A DNA stretch of 63,264 nt, filler included, from Sluysia triapertura (lineage: Eukaryota): NCBI GenBank assembly GCA_046118255.1. It is 5 parts of 5 records of this genome, joined end to end, with 100 filler letters (N's around TTAATTAATTAA, not from the genome) between each part and the next. Parts side by side here need not be neighbours in the genome. Positions count along the whole stretch, not along the records: positions 49,878 to 63,264 come from JBJNIA010034489.1; 4 more parts are not named here. The stretch is one strand, 5' to 3'. The translations under genes and the position numbers were made by a program. The notes under the pieces were generated by a model. That model was given only the letters and a program-made list of their open reading frames with translations. It made no database searches and had not been told where the DNA came from. Shown here piece by piece: positions 54,462 to 63,264 of this stretch. The first letter of the stretch is position 1. Each line of letters starts with the position of its first letter.

Positions 54462-55048
54462 GTTATATTATATAATAGTATAAAAAATATTGTAAATATA
54501 ATTTGAAGTCTAACGTATTTTTGATTTTGATTTCTCGTCATTCACTTTACTAAGTACATTAGATTTTGGTTTAATATCAAACAAGTCATCTTCGTCACTA
54601 AAAGATACGGATTTAGTATACTTTTTATCAACAGTTGTTGAAGTAGTAGAAACATCTGTATTTGTTATTTTAGTTGGTTTTTGACATTTATTATCTACTG
54701 TATATTGATTATTGAGTGATTTTTTAGTTAATTGTTCAGTAAAATCATCATCATTCTTATCGTCAATTTTATCATGACTATCTGCTGTTTTCAATGTATC
54801 AATAATATTAGCTTGATTAGTCGGTTTAGAAAAACTATTTGAAACATTAGTATTCGATTTTGTTTGGTTTTTCAGTGATTTCTCAGTTAATTTATTAAAG
54901 AAGTCATCATCATCATCATCACTAAATAAGCCACTTGATTTTATTGGTGGTTTTTTAATTGCACTTGTATTTTGAAAATTATTAATCCAATTATCATCAT
55001 CACTATCATCATCTTTAACATTATTCTTTAAATCTTTTTGTATGGTAC

Positions 55049-55114
<66 letters not shown>

Positions 55115-57772
55115 CATTCAATTTTTCGTTATCTTGTATATTTGATTTAGTTACATTAACTGATATATTTTCACTCGACTCAATATCGCTATCGTTAGAT
55201 CCGAACAAATCACTGATGTTCAGTTTGACTTTTTGACTTTGTTTATTATCGACTTTAGAATCAATAGACGGTTGTTTTAGTTTATTTTGAGATATAATTT
55301 TATTTTTATTTGAATCCATGAATAAATCTGATGAAGCAGAATTTTGGCGAGATCTCTTAGTGCCTACAGTACCTTAAATCAAATTTAAAAAATGTAGTTA
55401 TAATATATTCATAGTAATAATAGTATAATTATAAATATAAATAAATAAATAACTATATATGTGATCAGATTTATCACTTTCATTCTCTTCTGGATTACAT
55501 TTCTTCGATATTTCATTGATTAATGCATTTTGCTGAGGATTTGTGGACATATAAGATCTTTTAGGTAAAGCTTTTTTATCATTTACTACAGAACTTTCAT
55601 CTTTAAATAATGCTGATGGATCGATATCCTGCTTAATAAATTCATTATTAAGAATGACATGATTAATTAATAATTATAAGTACCAAAAACATAAACACTT
55701 ATTATTTAATCTACAATATATTATGCAAATTGGAATGAATATTAACTAATGCATTATACTTAATTTTATGTTCCACATTAAAAATTTTAGCACTTTAAAA
55801 GTAAATCTTAGTCGGATTTAAACATATATCTTTTATAAAGAATTTTTGAAATATATTAAAAGAACACAACGTTTTGCTGAGAATACAGTTTTAAAATGTC
55901 AACTAAATGTGTTACATCAGTAAAAATGCAACCTTTGTAAACCACTGAAACTTTATTTTACATTTCAACTTCTGCTTCACTAAATGCATCTGAAATTAAT
56001 TCATTTAACTGATCAGTATACCGTTTACATATCACCAAAGAAAAATATCCAATCGCTCTTCTTCAATCGTATTAATGTTATAACAGAACGAAATATGAGC
56101 TTGACAATCATTAAATAATTGATTGACAAAAGTAATATGGAAAGCCTTCAGACGAATTTTATATGTTAAGACTTTTCTTATGTAAAATACAGTATTTCCC
56201 TTAAAAGCTTTTAATTAAACTTGTTTAATTTATTATTAATGAATAAAACAAATGATTTATTTTGCTATAATTTCAATTGTCTGTGCTTCATTTATGTCAA
56301 ATTTTATTAGTTATATTAGTAAATCTAGCAAGAAACAATTTCAATGGAAAATCAGGTTTCAATTTTTGTTTAAAAAATGTTTATTTTTGTTCTAGAAGTA
56401 CAATTAAATGTGTTCAATTAAAACATTTTTGATGCTTTATATTTTAATATAATGTTAAGATTTATAAACTTTGTCAAAATTTATCAACATATGCAAAATA
56501 CAAAATAATCATGTTGATATTAGAATCAAAATTAAAACAGAGAAACATTTACTTTCATAAATATTTGCATGAGCATCATCTACAAAAGTTAAATTGCAAA
56601 TTAAAGTTTTAACACATTACGCATAATTAATAAATATACATTTTTATGTAAATCAAAGCAAACTTCTTTATCGAATCCAAAAATATCTGATCTAGAGTCA
56701 CTGGATTCAGAACTAGATATTTCTTTTCTAATAGGTTGTATTGAGTTCGTTTGTTTTACCGCTAATGGAGACGTACTTAGACCATCATTATCTGATTCCG
56801 TATTATCAATTTCCATCTCGTTTTCACTTTCACTTTCACTTTCGCTTTCACTTTCTTGATCATCATCTTAATATTTTTAAATATTATAACTTCTGATTAA
56901 ATGTAAAACAAAATTTTATGTACAAAATTTCATAAATTAAACAAGTAAATTTTAAATGATCGACTAATTTAGAAAACATTTAGTATAAACATTTTTTTGA
57001 AAATTTATACTTACATAAGTAGCCAATTCCTAAAGTATCATCTTCAAGAAATTCTGAAGTGCCAATTAAGTGAGGTAAATGCCGATTCTCGTAAGGATCT
57101 TTTGGTTGAAAAATAGGCTCATTTACCTGAGGAGTTTCTGTTATCATATTAACGTCATCAGAAGTACCGTTTGTGTGTTCAACCGAATCGCTTGTACTTT
57201 TATGCCTCAACACAGAATTACTACGCATTACTTCAAGTATTTCAAATTGAGTATCTAATATCTTAGTATTATTTCACAATAAAATTTATATTTTACCTCC
57301 ATTCCTATTTTTAAGCTTTCAGCAATTTCTTTATCAGCTATTTTTATTTTTTCTTCTTTTAAAACTGCTAACTTATCATTAGATGCATTACTAACAATTA
57401 CACTCGTAGCAACATCTTCAACTAACTGCAAACAAATAATTTAAAGCTAAAAATTACATTTTCCATGAATTGCATATTTGCTAACATACATAAATCATTA
57501 AATGAATTTTGAACCATAACATTAGTTGCCTTAATTTCGACAGAATATTCTGACAGACGAGAATTTATTTCATTTACATCTTTGAGCAAATTTGTAGATA
57601 GTTTTTTTAATAGTTCACATACCTAAAATTAAGTGTATATAAATTATTTATATACTCCAGAATCTGCTGCTAAAGACCATTTCTTGGAGGAAGAAACGAT
57701 TTCATTCAAATTCCACGGCCTCTTCCAAGACTGTTCGGTGTTAGAATTTACCATGGTGTCATTTGATGTCAT
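50668..57772 (-). CDS. WASHC2: WASH complex subunit 2 (FAM21); exons 57772-57656, 57622-57458, 57425-57297, 57261-57015, 56866-56664, 55628-~55460, 55372-54515, 54074-53599, probably 50745-50668; 3' end not resolved
   Basis: WKRPWNLNEI..WSLAADSG, KATNVMVQNSFNDLCMLANMQFMEN and PKDPYENRHLPHLIGT match the FAM21 head. The tail has acidic LFa-type motifs (GLFSDDDDDDFF, FSDEDDLF, DDDEDDLF). GT-AG junctions keep frame; the exon 6 donor is ambiguous. Confidence 0.93.
51359..52230 (+). mobile_element. IS630/Tc1-superfamily (DDE_3-type) transposase relic in a WASHC2 intron
   Basis: HTH GKTIKEIS..NINSKTVSSII, then DDVSITLE, LIFLDE..YGRSLKG..RSKNFSICA, and ILITDNDSIHK. Frameshifted. Confidence 0.85.
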
Positions 57773-60700
57773 TGTAAAACCGTTAATAATACCAATTAAT
57801 TATATATATTTGTATATATTCATATATTGTTTTAAAATTAATTTCAAAAATTAAAGAATTAAATAAAATTTAAGTTCCTCTTTTGATATTTCTGATTTGT
57901 GATAAATTAAAACAATTTATAAATCTTAAATATTGTTATGGTTTTTAAAAACAAATTTATAAAATATTACATAATTTATAATTGATTGTGATAATTTATT
58001 TTTGAACATCAATAAAATTAAAACATTATTATTCTATTAATTTAAAAAAAAGGAAAATAAATTTAAAATGAAACATATTTTTATTGATTTAAATAAAAAT
58101 AAACAAGTACAGAATAACCAAATCTGAATCCAGTTTTTCCGAAAATTCGCTTAAAACATAGCATATTTTGCACGGATAGTTTTTCTCTAACATCCGTTCG
58201 ATTAACCCAAATTTAATTATTCAAAATTATTATATCCATCTTTTTACTCAGTTAACACGAAATTAACAAGAGTCAATGTTTGGCTTTCTATAACAAAATG
58301 CCTTCTGAAAGAGCTACTTAAAATTATTTGATTTGTTGTCTTTAGTAAATAAATGAGAATTTATTAAATAGTGCTTACTCGTTTTTAAATTTTAAAGATT
58401 AAGATAGAGTTTACTGTGCTACTATTTTTTATTTTTGTATTTATTCCTGCAAACTGTTTATAATTAGTAATGGTCCCCTTACGATATACGATTTAGATCT
58501 AAGGAGACGTATTCGTAAGTAACAGCATTTTTTATTTCAAGAAAAGTACTAGTTATACCACTCGTACTTTAGGTATATATTTCCTGTAGTAATATTTAAT
58601 ACAGTAAAATTATCAGATTAGCAACAACTTAACCTTTTAAAATGCGTGAGAGTTTTTTTATTAAATTAGTCTGCTTAAGGTGGTTTATATTCTAGCTATA
58701 ATAAACAGTGAGTAGTATCTATATCGTATGGTCAACGTCTATCCTATATGCATTTAGTTCTTTCTAAATATACGCAACGATAATTTAAATCAGAAGGTCG
58801 ATTTAGGTAAACTACTTTTTAAAAAATTCTTACAATATAAACCGACCGAATACATGTAAATATATTTTATTCTTCTATAAATGTTTCTACCTTTTATAAA
58901 CTTTTCTTAATCTTCTTTTAGATAAATATTAAAATTTTATATTTCCATACTTATTTAAACCTCTTATAGACTTTTTTATATTTTAATAGTACACTTTCTG
59001 TGAAACAATTATAACTCCAAATAATTCTTCAACATCTTCTTTTAATCTCAATAACTTAAAATTATATTTATGGTATGCTATGTAAATTTTATTTTCTTCT
59101 TAATTTCGGATCTAAGATTGTTTGAGTAAGTTGGATCCTTTATTTAATCCTACAACTTTTTCGATTATTACTAAAACCTTAATATCGATAAAATTTTCTT
59201 AAGATTTTAAAAATTAAAAATAAAACAAAATAATGCCAAGATTCAAAATATATTACCAAGAGAAATCAACTATAAAAATGGTTTTAGATATGAAAAATGT
59301 TAGAATAATTAATGTTAGAAAATTAATTTAATTTAAAGCTATGAGTTCATCAACGTACTGGACTTACCAGCGAAGGCCAGCCGTTGGATTTTAACGTAAG
59401 AAACAGGATGTTTAACTTAAATTACGAAGATCTTACTTAACTTCTTAATTCTGGAGGTAATTTCTTAAAATTTAATTAAGTGTCGAGGCAAATTTTCAAG
59501 TTTAAATAAAGATCAAATTATTTAGCAAATAAATTGTAATGTTACGATGATTCCGTTATATGGAATCGGAAAAACGTATTTTACTGACTAGAATTAACTT
59601 CTAGTATATGAAAACTTCTAAATAATCAAGTTTATAATTTTAAAACTATAATGACAATGTTTGAACGAAATTAAAAAATTTATTAATAAAATAAATTAAC
59701 ATGGATAATATACAATAACTCAATTGATATAATAATAAATACAGATTTTACGTACAACTAATTCTACTTAATTAGTTTTTTATAAATATGTTGAGATTTT
59801 AAAAAGTATTTTACTTTAGATCTTTATAAGTATTTAATAATGATTTTAATTACTATCCCAATTAATAATGATTTTACGTCTATTTTACTTATGATATTTT
59901 TTCAATATCTTACCCGACAAAAACTAAACTAACGTGATCCTTGTATAAAAGATATGTTCTGGATCTTGAATAAAATAATTAAATTAGACACTTAAAATAA
60001 AATTTGTAAAGTATTTTTTGGTTATGTTACAATTTTGTTGTGATATTTATAGTTGTTTTAATCTGACCTTTAATATTTAAAATAATAATTCATTGATTTA
60101 TTTTAGAATAAAATAATTAAAATTCGTTGATTTATTTTAGGGTCACGTAAAAATTTTAAACCAAAATAATTTTAAAAATAATTAAGATATAAACATACTT
60201 TTTTAAATATTAATTAATTTTCTGAAAGTAACGTAATAATTTTACAAAAATAATAATTTTTTATGAAAATCAATAATAATTCAAATAGTAATGACGAATG
60301 AAATAATGATGTACTAATTCAAAAACGAATAACAATAATGTGATCAAAGTATCACTAATCAATAGTCATTCATTACAATATTATTATACATAAATGATTT
60401 TCAAAAGTATTTTGACAACTTTCAGTCTTTTAAAACATAAACTTTGTTACTTCTTAAATTTAAATTAGTTTAATATCATTGATTTTATAAATTTCTCACA
60501 CAAATAATCATTTGTATAAAAATTCTCGTTTACAAATACCTTCCTTAAAGTAAAAAAAACTAACCTAAGTTTATCAAATCTATGATTTCAAAAAGCAAAA
60601 AACGAACAAATTCACAACAATTAATAAAAACGTGTACACATCATAAATTCTTATGCCTTCAGAAACATCAAAATTTTGTATGGTGGAATTTTTAGATTTA

Positions 60701-60999
60701 TCAATAGGTTTCCTATATAAAAGAGATTGTATTGGTACATCTTCCATGTTCATAACGATAATATTCTTTGTAATAAGGGCTTTATATAATTATCATTGTC
60801 TTTTGCAAAAATTCTGGAAAAAATTCAAAATACGTTTTCCGTTCAAAAAACAAATATAAATTTTTGAAACATAAAAAGAAAGACTCTCGAGATCTCATAA
60901 AAAATAAACAATGTCACAACACGACAAAACAAATGATAAAAATATTTAAATGAAATTATGAAAATAATGAATTTAGATTTTAAAAAAATAATGATATTA

Positions 61000-61037
<38 letters not shown>

Positions 61038-61133
61038 TTTGTTTATTTATATATGTTTCATTGATTTAAAAATAAATAAATTTTATATTTATAAGTTTGG
61101 ACTTAGTTAAAGAAGATGTAAATATTTGGAGAA

Positions 61134-61179
<46 letters not shown>

Positions 61180-63264
61180 GTTATTTATTAAAAATGTTAT
61201 ATACATTTATACACTGAATTAATTCATTTTATATTGGTATTATCTCTAATTTTATCATGTTATATTATTAACTAATTTTTATTACGATCCAAATCGAAAT
61301 TTCAAACTTTTCTATACCGTTGACGATGAAACAAATACAATACAACATAATTTTAGGTGGTACTGAACAATCTATATCTAATCAAAGTTCCGTAAGCATC
61401 ATTATTATAATAAATATTGAAAATGAACAATAGACTTATTTATTGTATAACTTTATTAAGTAAAATAATTTTATTTATAATTACTGTATCCGCATTTAAT
61501 TATTATCTGTAATAATTATTAATAATTATTTACTTACACTACCTTCAACAGACACGAATTTTTACACTTAATCTAGCATATTATTTTTTTCGGATACATT
61601 TCAGAGAAAATTTTTTTACTATTTTAAAATTTAAATTTTTTGTATAAATATTTCAAAATGTTTGAAGTATTTACAAATCCTTCGTAAAATTAATTTAAAA
61701 TGTTTCAATATATTTATGATTACAAAACAATTATTAAAATTAATAATATTGACAAAAAACTTTTGTAAGAATTTCGGTATATTATCTTTTTTGACACCAT
61801 TAAAATGTTAAACGATTTAACTTTGCTTTAGAGTAATTATGAATAATATTAAAAATAGTTTTATAAATTGTTGTTGTTTTTTATATAAATTACTTAAATC
61901 ATATAATTATATAATTTAAATTATTACATACAATTAATTTATTAAACATATTGTAATTAAAAAATTATTTCACAAATAATTAAATGAGTATTAATAAAAA
62001 ATTTGTAACAAAAGAATTGAAATATCAAACTTGAAAAAAACTGAAGCAAATAAAGTGAGCATTAAAAACTCTTTGACACGTCAATTAATCTTTATAGACA
62101 ATAGGCCGGATATAACTTCTTATTTATGGATTCTTCAATTAATTTCCTCATTAAATGATACAATTAGAATTAAAGATTTACTTTGTATCTATTCAATTTG
62201 TTTTTCTAAACTTGATTTTTACAAAGAAAAACAATAATCTTTTCTACTCTAAAAATTCATAAAGAAAAGTTTGATAGAAACAAAACTAAACTAAATAAAC
62301 TATTTTACGCTACTTTTCTGAATATGATTAAAATTAATATTTTTTTTCAATTTTTATTAAATTAATATTTGATTATTATTTCTAAAAAAATATTTTTACA
62401 GCTTATCACACTATATCAATCTTGCAGAAAAAAGGTATTAGTATTAGTATTTCATATAATAATACGGGAAAATATGTAACATTTTTAAATAAATTTTTAA
62501 TTATTAAAATATAAACTCCAATATTAAATTTATTTAATAATTTAATTTTTTTTGAATTTTTTATCATATAATTATTGTGATATTATTATTATAATATTAA
62601 ATTTTATTTAAAATACTATAGAAAATAATTATTTCTCTTTAATATTTAATAATTTTATTTATCTACTTATTTATATTTTCCTTGTTCAAAATTAGAGACA
62701 TCTAATTTATTTCATTTATAAATAAATTAGATATATAATCGAATATTTTAGTAAAAAAATGTATTGAATAAAATAGAAAATTTGTATTAATTAAATTGTA
62801 TTTATAAAATAAATTAACTTCTTAGTTTGTTTTAATATTCAAAAAAAATGTCGAAAATTTATTTTAAGGATATGTTATTGCTTAGTAGAAAAAGTTCCAA
62901 AGAAATATGATAGAAAAAAGAATATCACTATTTTTAGGATTGCTTTAATAAATCTCTTCAATAAATTTGATGATATTTTATAAAGTAAAAACAGTGTCAA
63001 GTAAAAAAAGATTTTAATCCACTGTAAATTGACGTATAAAAAGTTTTCCAGAAATCGAATAATGTGTGCTATTCGATCTGTTTGGTTCAGAATTCAGTGA
63101 AACCAATGTTCATCGATAAAGTTCGATTCTCTTACATTTAATTTTCTTATATTTATTTGTTCATAATATTTCTTTATTATTATTATTATCATTTATTTGA
63201 AATTCTGTAAGCAAATTTTAATTAAAGTACTTACTTCTTAACAATGATACTAACATAAAATTAA

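Noticed and set aside
55042-55236. Poly-Leu signal/TM ORF on plus strand
   Set aside because: Antisense reading of the AAT tract in the WASHC2 exon; likewise 53753-54091 and 57633-57854.
1-63264. Whole window being microsporidian or prokaryotic, or using an alternative genetic code
   Set aside because: IFT54, FAM21 and many spliceosomal introns argue for a ciliated eukaryote. Intact genes translate in the standard code, and stops in relics co-occur with frameshifts.
58000-63264. Short ORFs 60653-60859 and 62031-62237
   Set aside because: No recognisable motifs or convincing splice context; consistent with chance or unidentifiable debris.

Overview
Very AT-rich eukaryotic DNA, apparently five 11-15 kb contigs joined by 100-nt spacers (44 N + TTAATTAATTAA + 44 N), so adjacency across the spacers is unproven. 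The host looks like a ciliated animal with some very short introns. It carries spliced WASHC2/FAM21 (minus strand, first three introns 32-35 nt), the 3' exons of IFT54/TRAF3IP1 and the 3' exons of an unidentified gene. The rest is mostly decayed transposons (Gypsy, piggyBac plus MITEs, Tc1, IS630-like, a hAT end, Penelope-like) and intronless fragments of conserved genes (MAPK7/ERK5, Cullin-3, STARD10, RhoA). Two things stand out. (1) A decayed Ty3/Gypsy element has a chuvirus-type (class III, gB-like) glycoprotein upstream of, and apparently continuous with, PR-RT-RH-IN, the reverse of the usual pol-env order. (2) An intact, intronless, extremely divergent microsporidian-like RPS3 lies near a fold-back inverted repeat made from a second, synonymously diverged RPS3 paralog. 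All family calls come from manual translation and remembered motifs; no searches were run.
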